Position numbers and translations under genes: made by a program. Below the pieces are notes generated by a model. That model saw only the letters and a program-made list of their open reading frames with translations, was not told where the DNA came from and did not search any database. From an uncultured Thermodesulfobacteriota bacterium (GTDB taxonomy: Bacteria; Desulfobacterota; Desulfomonilia; UBA1062), in assembly GCA_942491525.1 (NCBI GenBank), contig CALOBW010000030.1, positions 291,029-355,028 on the forward strand: 64,000 bases of DNA, in the 5' to 3' direction. This document shows, piece after piece, positions 26,942-36,895 of the stretch (the first letter of the stretch is position 1; every line of letters begins with the position of its first letter).

Positions 26942-29900
26942 GTGAAACATCAACCCGACAGCCTGGGCACCAGATGGACCGACCGTCTGATCTGGGCCTG
27001 CCTCAACAACCGTCTGATCGTGACCCTGACGGTGCTGGTGGTCATCGTCGGCGGCATTGCGGTGGCCCCCTTTGACTGGCAGATCGAGAGCCTGCCCCGG
27101 CGCCCGGTGCCGGTGGACGCGATTCCCGACATCGGCGAAAACCAGCAGATCGTCTTCACCGAATGGATGGGCCGCTCGCCCCAGGATGTGGAGGACCAGA
27201 TCAGCTATCCGCTGACCGCGGCCCTGCTGGGGGTGGCCGGCGTCAGGTCGGTGCGCAGCTACTCCATGTTCGGCTTCTCGACCATCTACGTCATCTTTGA
27301 GGAGCATATCGACTTCTACTGGTCGCGTTCCCGGCTGCTGGAGAAACTGAGCAGCCTGCCCCAGGGCACCCTGCCGCCGGAGGTCAACCCGGCCCTGGGC
27401 CCGGACGCCACAGCCCTGGGCCAGGTCTTCTGGTACACCCTCGAGGGCCGCGACGCTCATGGCCGACCGACGGGCGGCTGGGACCTGCACGAGCTGCGCA
27501 CCATCCAGGACTACTATGTGCGCTACGCCCTGATGGGCGCCGAGGGCATCAGCGAGGTGGCCTCGGTGGGCGGCTTTATCAAGGAGTATCAGATCGACGT
27601 CGACCCGCTGGCCATGCGCCATTTCGGCGTGACCCTGCCCGAGGTGGCGGCCGCGGTCAGGCGCTCCAACCAGGATGTGGGCGCGCGCACCATCGAGATC
27701 AACCGGGTCGAATATGTGATCCGCGGCATCGGTTTCCTGGAGAGCCTGGAGGATCTCGAAAACACCCTGATCAAGGTGCGCGGCAACACGCCCATCTATC
27801 TCAAGAACATTGCCCATATCGCCCTGGGTCCGGCCCTGAGGCGCGGCGCCCTGGACAGGGCCGGCGCCGAGGCCGTGGGCGGCGTGGCGGTTGTGCGCCA
27901 CGGTGAAAACCCCCTCAGCGCCATCAAGGCGCTCAAGGCCAAGATTGCCGAAATCTCACCGGGCCTGCCGGCAAAAGAGCTTCCCGACGGCAGCTCAAGT
28001 CAGGTCGAAATCGTGCCCTTCTACGACCGCACCGGCCTGATCTACGAGACCCTAGCAACCCTCAACAGCGCCCTGAGCGAGGAGATCCTGGTGACCATCA
28101 TCGTGATCGTGCTGCTGGTGATGCACCTGCGCAGCTCGCTGCTGATCGCGGGTCTGCTGCCGCTGGCAGTGCTGCTCTGCTTCATAGCCATGAAGCTCTG
28201 CGGCGTGGATGCCAACATCGTGGCTCTCTCGGGCATCGCCATCGCCATCGGCACCATGGTCGACATGGGCATTGTGATCTGCGAGAACATCCTCAAAAAG
28301 ATCGAGCAGAGCAACCTGGAGGACAACCGGCTGCATCTGATCTTCCAGGCCACCCAGGAGGTGGCCTCGGCGGTCATGACCGCCATCCTGACCACCGTGG
28401 TCAGCTTCCTGCCGGTCTTCACCATGATCGGGGCCGAAGGGCGCCTCTTCAAGCCGCTGGCCTTCACCAAGACCTTCGCCCTGCTGGCCTCGGTTACCGT
28501 GGCCCTGATGGTGATCCCGCCCTTTGCCTACCTGCTCTTTTCGCGGCGTTTCGACAGGGCGCGCTCACAGAAGACCAACACGGTAGGCGCCGCCCTGATC
28601 GTGCTGCTGGCCGGCACAATCCTGACCAGCCACTGGCTGCCGCTGGGGCCCGAGCGCGGTAGTTTGCGCAACCTGATCTTCGTCTTTGCAATCCTGCTGG
28701 GCACCATCGGGCTGATCACCATCTTCCAGAAGTATTACCGCAATATGCTGAGCTGGTGCCTGGAGCACCGCAAGACCACCCTGACCCTTCCCTGTCTGCT
28801 GATCGGGCTGGGGCTGGTTATCTGGCAGGACCTGGGCAAGGAGTTCATGCCGCCGCTCAACGAGGGCTCGTTCCTGCTGATGCCCACCACCATGCCCCAC
28901 GCCTCCATCGGCGAGGTGCTGGACGTGCTGCGCAAGCAGGATATCCAGATCGACCAGATCCCGGAGGTCAGCGAGGTGGTCGGCAAACTGGGCCGGGCCG
29001 AGACCGCCCTGGACCCGGCGCCCATCTCCATGATCGAAAGCGTCATCAACTATCAGCCGGAATACCTGCGCAGTGAGCGCGGCCAGCTGCTGACCTTCAA
29101 GTTCGACCACAAAGAGCGCGATCTGTTCCGCGACCGCGAGGGCCGCGCTGTACCGGCCGCCGACGGCCAGCCCTATGTGGTGCCGGGAAAATTTGAACGC
29201 GATGACAAGGGTGCTCTGATCCCCGACCGGCGCGGCATGCCCTTCAGGCTCTGGCGGCCGGCGCTGGATGTCGATCTCAATCCGGGCCGCAGCGCCTGGT
29301 CTGGCATCCGGACCCCCGACGACATCTGGCGGGAGATCGTCAATGCGGCGCGCATCCCGGGCACCACTTCGGCGCCCCGGCTGCAGCCCATCGAGACTCG
29401 AATCGTCATGCTGCAGAGCGGCATGCGCGCCCCCATGGGCATCAAGGTCAAGGGCCCCGACCTTGAAACCATTGAGCAGGTCGGACTGAGGATGGAACAG
29501 CTGCTCAAGGAGGTGCCCGGGGTCAACCCGGCGGCGGTGCTGGCCGACCGCATCGTGGGCAAGCCCTACCTGGAGATCAAGATCAGACGCGCGGCGGCCG
29601 CGCGCTACGGCATCGACGTCGCCGGTTTGCAGCAGATCATCGAGACCGGTTTCGGGGGCAAACGCATCACCACCACGGTGGAGGGGCGTGAGCGCTACCC
29701 GGTGCGGGTGCGCTATCTGCGCGAACTGCGCGACACGATCGAGGATATCGAACGCATCCTGGTTCCCGGCGCCGGCGGCAGCCAGATCCCGCTCAGCCAG
29801 CTGGCCGAGATCGAATACCGGCGCGGCCCCCAGGTGATCAAGAGCGAGGACACCTTCCTGGTGGGCTATGTGCTCTTTGACAAGCTGCCGGGCTTCGCCG

Positions 29901-30610
29901 AGATCGATGTGGTCGAGAACGCCCGCGACCACCTGACGCAGGCCGCCGCAGAGGGCCGGCTTGAGATTCCGGCCGGGGTCAGCTACAGCTTTGCCGGCAA
30001 CTATGAGAACCAGCTGCGGGCCAACCGCACCCTGCGGATCGTGCTGCCCCTGGCCCTGCTGATTATCTTCATCATCCTCTACCTGCAGTTCCGCTCCACG
30101 GCCGTGACCATGATGGTCTTTACGGGCATCGTGATCGCCTGGGCCGGCGGCTTCATCCTGCTCTGGTGCTATGGCCAGCCCTGGTTCATGAACTTCAGCG
30201 TCTTTAGCGTCTCCATGCGCGAACTCTTCCAGGTGCATCCCGTAAACCTGAGCGTGGCGGTCTGGGTGGGCTTCCTGGCCCTCTTCGGCATCGCCTCGGA
30301 CAACGGCGTGATCATGGCCACCTACCTTGACCAGACCTTTGAAAAGCTGCAGCCCCAGAACCGCCATGAGATCTTCATGGCCACCCTGCAGGCAGCCGAG
30401 CGCCGGGTGCGCCCCTGTCTGATGACCTCCGCCACCACCATCCTGGCATTGATTCCGGTGCTGACCTCGACGGGCAAGGGCTCGGACATCATGGTGCCCA
30501 TGGCCATCCCCTCCTTCGGCGGCATGCTGCTGGTGGTGCTCTCGATCTTCATTATTCCGGTACTCTATGCCTTGCGCCAGGAATGGCTGTTAAAAAAATC
30601 ACAGTCATGA
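26942..30610 (+). CDS. Heavy-metal-efflux RND permease (CusA/CzcA family)
   Basis: It starts with GTG immediately after the MFP stop. It is 1222 aa, with 12 TM helices in two RND halves and large periplasmic loops; a ~150-aa insertion in the second loop makes it longer than E. coli CusA. Confidence 0.9.
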   Translation: MKHQPDSLGTRWTDRLIWACLNNRLIVTLTVLVVIVGGIAVAPFDWQIESLPRRPVPVDAIPDIGENQQIVFTEWMGRSPQDVEDQISYPLTAALLGVAGVRSVRSYSMFGFSTIYVIFEEHIDFYWSRSRLLEKLSSLPQGTLPPEVNPALGPDATALGQVFWYTLEGRDAHGRPTGGWDLHELRTIQDYYVRYALMGAEGISEVASVGGFIKEYQIDVDPLAMRHFGVTLPEVAAAVRRSNQDVGARTIEINRVEYVIRGIGFLESLEDLENTLIKVRGNTPIYLKNIAHIALGPALRRGALDRAGAEAVGGVAVVRHGENPLSAIKALKAKIAEISPGLPAKELPDGSSSQVEIVPFYDRTGLIYETLATLNSALSEEILVTIIVIVLLVMHLRSSLLIAGLLPLAVLLCFIAMKLCGVDANIVALSGIAIAIGTMVDMGIVICENILKKIEQSNLEDNRLHLIFQATQEVASAVMTAILTTVVSFLPVFTMIGAEGRLFKPLAFTKTFALLASVTVALMVIPPFAYLLFSRRFDRARSQKTNTVGAALIVLLAGTILTSHWLPLGPERGSLRNLIFVFAILLGTIGLITIFQKYYRNMLSWCLEHRKTTLTLPCLLIGLGLVIWQDLGKEFMPPLNEGSFLLMPTTMPHASIGEVLDVLRKQDIQIDQIPEVSEVVGKLGRAETALDPAPISMIESVINYQPEYLRSERGQLLTFKFDHKERDLFRDREGRAVPAADGQPYVVPGKFERDDKGALIPDRRGMPFRLWRPALDVDLNPGRSAWSGIRTPDDIWREIVNAARIPGTTSAPRLQPIETRIVMLQSGMRAPMGIKVKGPDLETIEQVGLRMEQLLKEVPGVNPAAVLADRIVGKPYLEIKIRRAAAARYGIDVAGLQQIIETGFGGKRITTTVEGRERYPVRVRYLRELRDTIEDIERILVPGAGGSQIPLSQLAEIEYRRGPQVIKSEDTFLVGYVLFDKLPGFAEIDVVENARDHLTQAAAEGRLEIPAGVSYSFAGNYENQLRANRTLRIVLPLALLIIFIILYLQFRSTAVTMMVFTGIVIAWAGGFILLWCYGQPWFMNFSVFSVSMRELFQVHPVNLSVAVWVGFLALFGIASDNGVIMATYLDQTFEKLQPQNRHEIFMATLQAAERRVRPCLMTSATTILALIPVLTSTGKGSDIMVPMAIPSFGGMLLVVLSIFIIPVLYALRQEWLLKKSQS

Positions 30611-30757
30611 AATTTCTTTTCGCAGCAAAACCGGACATTTATATTCCAAACCTGATAAATATATCAATTTATATAAAAAAATCGGTTGCTTAGATTTAAG
30701 TGACGGCATATTTCTTCGATAAGAAAAGATAATACATATCATTAGGCAGAGGGAGTT

Positions 30758-31375
30758 ATGGCAAAGGTAATCAAGGAACCCAAGCAGAAGCGTTCAATCG
30801 CCAAACGCCGCATGATTATGGACACGGCGCGCAGGGTTTTCAGTGAACTGGGTTTTGATGCCATGAACTCCAATCAGCTGGCCAAGGCGGCTGGAGTTTC
30901 AACCGGAACCTTCTACTGCTACTTTGAGAATAAGGAAGACCTGCTCTATGCCATCATCCGGGATCATCTGGACTTCCTCTTCGAGGGCCACTTCTCAAAA
31001 GTGCCGGAAAAGAAAAGCGTTGATTTTTATGCCGCCACCCGCTCCTATGTTGCGGCGGTCTTTGAAGCTTTCAGCAAAGACCCGGCACTATTCCGCTTCG
31101 TCATCTCCAGGCGATTCACCGACCCCAAGATCTGCAGCATCTTCACCGAAGTCAGTACCCGCGAGGCAGAGAACGCGGCCAAGATGCTCAAGCTCTACGA
31201 TGATGATAAGAACATCAACGACTACAACCTGGCCGGGCAGATCGTCATCGGCCTGGTCAACTCCAGCGCCCGGGCCCTCTATGTTGACCTGACCATCAAC
31301 CGCGATCCGGATGATTTCATTGACGAGGTCACCCGCACGATCCTGGGCATGCTCAAGACCCCCAAACCGGACTAA
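30758..31375 (+). CDS. TetR-family transcriptional regulator
   Basis: The HTH is KRSIAKRRMIMDTARRVFSELGFDAMNSNQLAKAAGVSTGTFYCYFENKEDL. GC is lower than in the flanks. It is followed 32 nt downstream by a membrane-protein gene with an AGGAG RBS. Confidence 0.75.
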   Translation: MAKVIKEPKQKRSIAKRRMIMDTARRVFSELGFDAMNSNQLAKAAGVSTGTFYCYFENKEDLLYAIIRDHLDFLFEGHFSKVPEKKSVDFYAATRSYVAAVFEAFSKDPALFRFVISRRFTDPKICSIFTEVSTREAENAAKMLKLYDDDKNINDYNLAGQIVIGLVNSSARALYVDLTINRDPDDFIDEVTRTILGMLKTPKPD

Positions 31376-31407
31376 AAACACAGGTCTTAGACCTGAAGGA
31401 GATTAAA

Positions 31408-32247
31408 ATGGAACCAACCAACACTACCCTGATTATCGGCATTATCGTCTACACCTTTTTCACCCTCGGTCTGACGGAACTGTTCAGACGCAAACCCAAG
31501 CTGGGCGCCATCGTCTTCATCCTGGCACCGCTGACCTTCCCGCTCTGGGCTGAAAACCGTGACAGCTGGTTCGAGTGGGCCAAGATCCTGAGCGTGCTGC
31601 TGCCCACCGCCGTGCTGGGTTTCAACCGCTGGGCCAACTACTACAAGCCCGAGGGCAAGATCTGGGATATCCTGCGCAGCAAGGGCTTCCTCTGGTTCTT
31701 CTTCGGCATCCTGGCCCTCAACATCACCGAAGCCAGTTTGCGTGACTGGGAGCTGGGCAACTACCTGAACGCCCTGACCGGCTTCATCCTGGTGCTGACC
31801 ATCCCGTTTGCCGACAAGTTCTGGCGCTTCGACAAGGTCAACTTCGGCGAGCTGATCGTCGACTTCGGCAAGGGCTGGTGTCTGCTCTACACCACCTGGA
31901 ACGCCGCCTTCATCTACGGCGCCATTCCCGACGAGTTCGCCCTGGGCTTCGCCATCCTGATCGCCGCCGAAGTCTACTCCTTCGCCGGCCGCCCCGACCT
32001 CTACATCATGGCCCGAGTCTACACTCTAGCCATCTTCGTCCTGCACCTGGGCTGCTTCGACATCCCGGCCATCATGGACTCCTCGGCCTGGTACAACGCC
32101 GACGTTGTCCACTACTGGGGCGTCATCAACATCATCTTCGCCGTCGGCTATGTAATCTGGTACAACTGGCAGATGCACAGCGGCAAGGCTGAGAAATCTT
32201 TCCGCCACCCCAAGAGCTCTCCCGAAGCTCAGCTAGCGGCCGAATAA
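31408..32247 (+). CDS. Integral membrane protein of unknown function (~8 TM helices), probable TetR target
   Basis: The protein is hydrophobic and aromatic/Trp-rich, with no recognisable catalytic motif. It is co-oriented and almost contiguous with the TetR gene. Confidence 0.5.
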   Translation: MEPTNTTLIIGIIVYTFFTLGLTELFRRKPKLGAIVFILAPLTFPLWAENRDSWFEWAKILSVLLPTAVLGFNRWANYYKPEGKIWDILRSKGFLWFFFGILALNITEASLRDWELGNYLNALTGFILVLTIPFADKFWRFDKVNFGELIVDFGKGWCLLYTTWNAAFIYGAIPDEFALGFAILIAAEVYSFAGRPDLYIMARVYTLAIFVLHLGCFDIPAIMDSSAWYNADVVHYWGVINIIFAVGYVIWYNWQMHSGKAEKSFRHPKSSPEAQLAAE

Positions 32248-32256
32248 CCAAATCAA

Positions 32257-32284
32257 GGGGAACCAGACGGTTCCCCTTTTTTCT
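32257..32284 (+). terminator. Rho-independent terminator GGGGAACC-agac-GGTTCCCC-TTTTTTTCT
   Basis: A perfect 8-bp stem and a 7-U run lie 9 nt after the stop at 32247. Confidence 0.7.
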
Positions 32285-32333
32285 GCCCTTACGTTCCGCC
32301 GCACTCGCATTATCTTAGATGGCAGGAGGGGAG

Positions 32334-33461
32334 ATGCGAATAACACTGTCCGAACGTGGCCGCTACCTGCTGGTCATGACCGCCACCATCCTGCCGATCG
32401 CATCGCTGATGCTGATCGTCTTCTTCAGCTACTACCAGCCGGTCTCCAACAGCATGCAGCGCATCCTGCACGAATCAATCAACGGCATGCAGCCGATAAA
32501 TGAGTTACAGATCGCCATGCTCAAAGCGGCCATGCCGCCCAACGACTATCTGATCCACGGCGACCAGAGCGAAGCGCGACACTGGCAGCAAGCCATCCTT
32601 GAAACCGATCAGGCCTTTGAGCTGGCCATCAGGGGCGTCCACATTCAATCAGAGACCCTGCTGAACGCCCAAACGGAGTGGCGGCAGGCCTGCGCCATCG
32701 GCGACCACATCTTCAACCACCCCATCGAGAGTACGGTCCGGCCCGATCTCAGCCAGGCCATGGAAGAGTTTGACGCTCAGATCTATCAGATCACCAGCAG
32801 CCTCGGCCAGATCACAGGCGAGATGGACCAGCACATTACCCGCGAATATGAAATGATCAACCGCCTCAAGCGCCGCAGCGTCACAGCCACCGCAGTGGGC
32901 ATCCTGCTGGGGCTGATCATGGGCATCAGCGGCAGCATCTGGCTCTCGCGCGACCACACCCGCATCATCCGCCAGAACCGCCTCGATCCCCTGACCAGTG
33001 CCCTCAACCGGCGCGCCCTAGAGGATGCCCTGCAGCAGATGCAGCACAGCCATGAGGGCAGCGTCACCAGCTGCTTCGCCCTGGCCATGCTTGATATCGA
33101 CCACTTCAAAGAGATCAACGACACCCACGGCCACGATGCGGGGGATCAGGTTCTCAAGTGCCTGGTCACCAGAATCAACTCTTTGATTCGCGCCACCGAC
33201 ATCCTGGGCCGCTACGGCGGTGAAGAGTTCCTGATCCTGCTGCCGACCACCAGCCGCAGTGACGCAGTCAGACTGGCCGAGCGCATCCGAACAGCCATCG
33301 AGGAGCAGCCGCTCAGCTCAAAGGCCATCACCATAACAGTCAGCATCGGCCTGGCCTGCTTCCCCAACGATGCCCCAACAGCATTGGAGGCGGTCAAGCT
33401 GGCCGACAGGGCCCTCTACCGCGCCAAGCGCGAAGGACGCAACCGGGTCATCGGAATATAA
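32334..33461 (+). CDS. Diguanylate cyclase (GGDEF) with a double-TM periplasmic helical sensor
   Basis: The protein has TM1, a ~150-aa periplasmic helical domain, TM2, and a GGDEF domain with active site RYGGEEF and a conserved RxxD I-site region (NRRALED). The start is likely MRITLSE at 32334. Confidence 0.8.
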   Translation: MRITLSERGRYLLVMTATILPIASLMLIVFFSYYQPVSNSMQRILHESINGMQPINELQIAMLKAAMPPNDYLIHGDQSEARHWQQAILETDQAFELAIRGVHIQSETLLNAQTEWRQACAIGDHIFNHPIESTVRPDLSQAMEEFDAQIYQITSSLGQITGEMDQHITREYEMINRLKRRSVTATAVGILLGLIMGISGSIWLSRDHTRIIRQNRLDPLTSALNRRALEDALQQMQHSHEGSVTSCFALAMLDIDHFKEINDTHGHDAGDQVLKCLVTRINSLIRATDILGRYGGEEFLILLPTTSRSDAVRLAERIRTAIEEQPLSSKAITITVSIGLACFPNDAPTALEAVKLADRALYRAKREGRNRVIGI

Positions 33462-33484
33462 AAAAAGGCACCCTTTGCGGGTGC
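33458..33484 (-). terminator. Terminator between convergent genes: GGCACCC-tttgc-GGGTGCC flanked by A8 on the plus strand (U-run for minus-strand msrAB)
   Basis: A perfect 7-bp stem is present. In the minus sense a U7 run follows the hairpin, and the plus-sense tail is weaker. Confidence 0.6.
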
Positions 33485-33529
33485 CATAAAGAGGAGTAAT
33501 GCTTAACTGTACCTATTCAGTCGCCGGTG

Positions 33530-34543
33530 CTACTCAAAAAGTTTCAAATATTCCGCATAGCCCTCTTTTTTCAGCTCATCCTTGGGTATGAAGCGCAAAG
33601 AGGCCGAATTGATACAGTAGCGTTTACCGGTCGGTGCCGGCCCGTCATCGAATACGTGGCCGAGATGGGAATCCGCATTAAGACTGCGCACCTCGGTCCG
33701 GGTCATAAAGAAGGAGGTGTCTTTATGCTCGACAATGTTGCCGGCTTCCAGAGGACGGGTGAAGCTGGGCCAGCCCGTGCCGGATTTATACTTGTCGGTC
33801 GAACTGAAAAGGGGCTCGCCCGAGACGATATCAACGTAGATGCCTGGTGCCTTATTGTCCCAGTAGGCATTGTCAAAGGGCGGTTCGGTGCCGTCTTTCT
33901 GGGTCACCTTGTACTGCAGCGGAGTCAGCTTCTGCTCCAGATCGCTCTTGGAGATTGCGCCTTCCCAGGCCTTCTTCAAGAATTTGTCACGTCCCGAACC
34001 GGAACGGTAGTACTTGTAGCGCAGCGGATTCTTCTTGTAGTAGTCCTGATGATAATCCTCGGCCGCATAAAAGTCCGTCACCGGTCTGATGGGGGTCACA
34101 ATCGGCTTATCAAAGCGCCCCGACACGGCCAGCCGCTCTTTCGATGCCTGCGCCAATCTACGCTGCTCCTCATTGTGATAGAAGATCGCGGTCGTATACT
34201 GGAAGCCGCGGTCCACAAACTGGCCGCCCTCATCGGTGGGGTCGATCTGGCGCCAGAAGATATCCAGCAGCTCACTGTAGCTGATCAGCGCCGGATCATA
34301 GACAATCTGGATTGACTCAACATGGCCGGTGGTGCCGCCGGAGACCTCGGCATAAGTTGGATTCTTGACCTGCCCGCCGGTATAGCCTGAAATCACTTCC
34401 ACGACGCCCTCGGCCTTCTCGAAGGGCCCCTCCATGCACCAGAAACACCCGCCGGCAAATGTTGCTTTTTCCTGTGCCATTATATCACCTCCAACTGCGA
34501 TCATAATCGCTGTAACTATCAGTATTAGCTTATAATTAATCAT
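33530..34543 (-). CDS. msrAB: Bifunctional peptide-methionine sulfoxide reductase MsrA/MsrB with an N-terminal membrane/signal anchor
   Basis: The MsrA motif GGCFWC and the MsrB Zn/Cys motifs are present ([11 protein letters not shown]). A GGAGGG RBS precedes [10 protein letters not shown]. The longer start in the ORF track runs through the promoter. Confidence 0.85.
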   Translation of the reverse strand: MINYKLILIVTAIMIAVGGDIMAQEKATFAGGCFWCMEGPFEKAEGVVEVISGYTGGQVKNPTYAEVSGGTTGHVESIQIVYDPALISYSELLDIFWRQIDPTDEGGQFVDRGFQYTTAIFYHNEEQRRLAQASKERLAVSGRFDKPIVTPIRPVTDFYAAEDYHQDYYKKNPLRYKYYRSGSGRDKFLKKAWEGAISKSDLEQKLTPLQYKVTQKDGTEPPFDNAYWDNKAPGIYVDIVSGEPLFSSTDKYKSGTGWPSFTRPLEAGNIVEHKDTSFFMTRTEVRSLNADSHLGHVFDDGPAPTGKRYCINSASLRFIPKDELKKEGYAEYLKLFE

Positions 34544-34667
34544 AATAAGCCCTCCATAGGATATTATAGACGATATCCTTAGCAGGAACGATTCCCAGAA
34601 ATATCCCCAAGCGTTAATGGCCAAGCATTGACGACCAGAAGCCGGATTGTTATGTTCACTGCATTCA

Positions 34668-35813
34668 ATGCAATGGAGGCTCCGCTTGAAAAAACTTATC
34701 CTGCTGCTCTGCCTGCTGACAGGCTGCGCCCACCTGCCGCAAGACACCCCGGACAACAGCCTGCTGCTGCACAATCTGGGGCTGGACTTTTACGCCGACC
34801 AACTCAGGCCGGCCGATTTCATGCCGCAACCGATTCCTGAGCCGCAGCCGGACAGCCCCAGCGCACAAAACGCATTGGGCTATCGCTATCTGACCGGCCA
34901 GAGTGTCGGCCGCAACTACACCTCCGCCGCCCAGCTCTTCTGGCAGGCATCCCAAAGCGGCTATGCCCCGGCCCAGAACAACCTGGCCGTGATGCACATT
35001 CTAGGACTCGGAGTTACCCAGAATACCCTCACGGCCATCAGCCTGCTGGAGCAGGCCGCGCCCCACGAAGCGGCAGCCATGGACAATCTGGCGAACCTCT
35101 ACATCAGCGGCTACGGCGTCAATGCTGACCGCCGACTGGCCCACCAGTGGTACAACCGCGCAGCCCTGGCCGGCTACGCTCCGTCCCAATACAGACTTGG
35201 CATCATCAACCTGACCGGCGACAATCAGGACTATATCCAGGCGGCCGAATTCTTCAGGCTGGCCGCCGCACAAGACTATCCACCGGCCCAGTTCCAGCTG
35301 GGGCATCTCTACCTCGCCGGCCTAGGCCTGGCCAAAGACCGGGACCGCGCCCTCAAACTCTTTGAGCAGGCAGCCAAGGGCGGCAACCAGCTGGCCCAGT
35401 ATCAGCTGGGCATGCTGCTGGCCGCGTCACAGAACTACAGCCAGGCTGAGAAGTGGCTGCAGGCGGCCGCTGATCAGGGGCAGCGCAACGCCCAGATCAA
35501 GCTGGGCATGCTCTACCTGGATGGTCATGCCGGCCGGATCAACAAAAACTGGTACATCAAAGCCGCCGGCGCAGGCCACCAGCCCGCACAGCTGATACTT
35601 GGCACCCTCTATATGCGCGGAATTGAGGTGGAACAGAACCTTGAGCTGGCCGAAAGCTGGCTCAAGAAACCGGCTAAACGCGGCAATATCCGGGCCCAAT
35701 ATCAACTTGGACTGCTCTATGAAGAGCGTGGAAAGAGACGCAAGGCCATGAAGTGGTTCCGCTCGGCCGCGGAACAGGGATATCTGCCGGCTAAGCAGAA
35801 AATGCTATCTTAA
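34668..35813 (+). CDS. Sel1-repeat (TPR-like) lipoprotein
   Basis: [20 protein letters not shown] (lipobox) is followed by at least eight Sel1-type repeats, each ending with a motif such as AQYQLGxLY or GxGVxxD. Confidence 0.75.
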   Translation: MQWRLRLKKLILLLCLLTGCAHLPQDTPDNSLLLHNLGLDFYADQLRPADFMPQPIPEPQPDSPSAQNALGYRYLTGQSVGRNYTSAAQLFWQASQSGYAPAQNNLAVMHILGLGVTQNTLTAISLLEQAAPHEAAAMDNLANLYISGYGVNADRRLAHQWYNRAALAGYAPSQYRLGIINLTGDNQDYIQAAEFFRLAAAQDYPPAQFQLGHLYLAGLGLAKDRDRALKLFEQAAKGGNQLAQYQLGMLLAASQNYSQAEKWLQAAADQGQRNAQIKLGMLYLDGHAGRINKNWYIKAAGAGHQPAQLILGTLYMRGIEVEQNLELAESWLKKPAKRGNIRAQYQLGLLYEERGKRRKAMKWFRSAAEQGYLPAKQKMLS

Positions 35814-36126
35814 GGCGTTGAGACAGTCGAGCGCCTCGGGATCGCCGGCCAGGATACCCTCCAACCGGCCACAGGGATACTCGTCACACTCGGCGCAACT
35901 CTTAATGCCCAGCTGAACGGCGCAACGCCGGACCTTGCATTCAGCCCCCGGCAAACAGCCGTCTGAGAGACAGCCCTCACAGCGCACACTCTCCAGCCGC
36001 CGGTCGAAATGTTCAAGATAGACTGAAGAGATCCAGCTGCGCAGGGCCTCACTGCCCTCCATGGTGGCCTGATGAACAGGACAAGCCAGACAATCCTTGC
36101 CGCAGTAAGCAGTCATGCGATCTTCC
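35805..36126 (-). CDS. DUF3795-like cysteine-rich small protein
   Basis: It has an N-terminal MTAYCGKDCLACPV, more than 14 Cys residues, and CAECDEYPCG. The start is probably MEDRMTAY or MTAYCG, and the upstream extension in the ORF track is unlikely. It overlaps the Sel1 gene's 3' end in the convergent orientation. Confidence 0.5.
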
Positions 36127-36178
36127 ATAATCACCTCGACCCAAGCGCTATCGGGCAGGCATACATCCAGGCAATTCA

Positions 36179-36790
36179 TCAGTCTCCACGCATCTGGCGG
36201 ATAATATCTTCCGGCGTGGCCTCCCTCTCCAGCTGTTCCCGCGGCACCAGCTCTGCCAGCTCCACCTTTTCCAGGCAGCACTCCAGATAGAATGGACTGT
36301 GGCTCTCGGTCTCGAAAGATGCCTTGCGGTACTGGGGCCGGTCAATCTGGGCATTAATCGAGATCAGCAGCGCCTGATTGATCACAATCATCTTGGGCTG
36401 ATTCTGACGCACCGAAATCTGCAGAATATGCTTAAGGTCACGGCCGAAGTTTCCCATGGACTGATTCATCAGTTCTCCGAGCGTGTCGCTGACCTCATCC
36501 GAGGTGTGCCAGGCGGCCAGCTCATCTTCAGGCATGCCCATGCTGAGCATATATTTACGATAGATCTCAATGGCCGCATTGGCCGAGAAGTTCATCACCA
36601 CTAGCCCGGAGAAGCCACCGTCAAACATCACAAAACAGCCGATATCTGGCTGCAGACAGGTTTTATTGCCGCGCAGCACCATGGGTGAGTAGCGGATATC
36701 TGACTGGGTGGCTGTCCTGAGTACATGTTGAACCGAGTCACACAGAATCTTCAAAACATCATCGGTATTCTTGATCTTTGCCTGGGCCAT
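36179..36790 (-). CDS. CheX/CheC-like (chemotaxis phosphatase-fold) protein
   Basis: The blocks GCFVMFDGGFSGLVVMNFSANAAIEIYRKYM and TLGELMNQSMGNFG align with the CheX G.GF.GD..G.v.LSF....A..I...ML / ALGEF.NMI.G pattern. Confidence 0.55.
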   Translation of the reverse strand: MAQAKIKNTDDVLKILCDSVQHVLRTATQSDIRYSPMVLRGNKTCLQPDIGCFVMFDGGFSGLVVMNFSANAAIEIYRKYMLSMGMPEDELAAWHTSDEVSDTLGELMNQSMGNFGRDLKHILQISVRQNQPKMIVINQALLISINAQIDRPQYRKASFETESHSPFYLECCLEKVELAELVPREQLEREATPEDIIRQMRGD

Positions 36791-36895
36791 GCGACCTCCT
36801 TATCTGCGCTTGAGCTGCTCTAAAAATTAAGCCCCGAGAGGCGCTTTGCAAGCGCACAAATGGACTTCCGGAGAAGCGAGTGATATAGACGAGTT

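Noticed and set aside
25262-30367. 879-aa and 600-aa minus-strand ORFs across the RND operon
   Set aside because: They are antisense to the unmistakable CusB/CusA-like genes. They are Gly/Ala/Asp/His-rich with no domain signatures.
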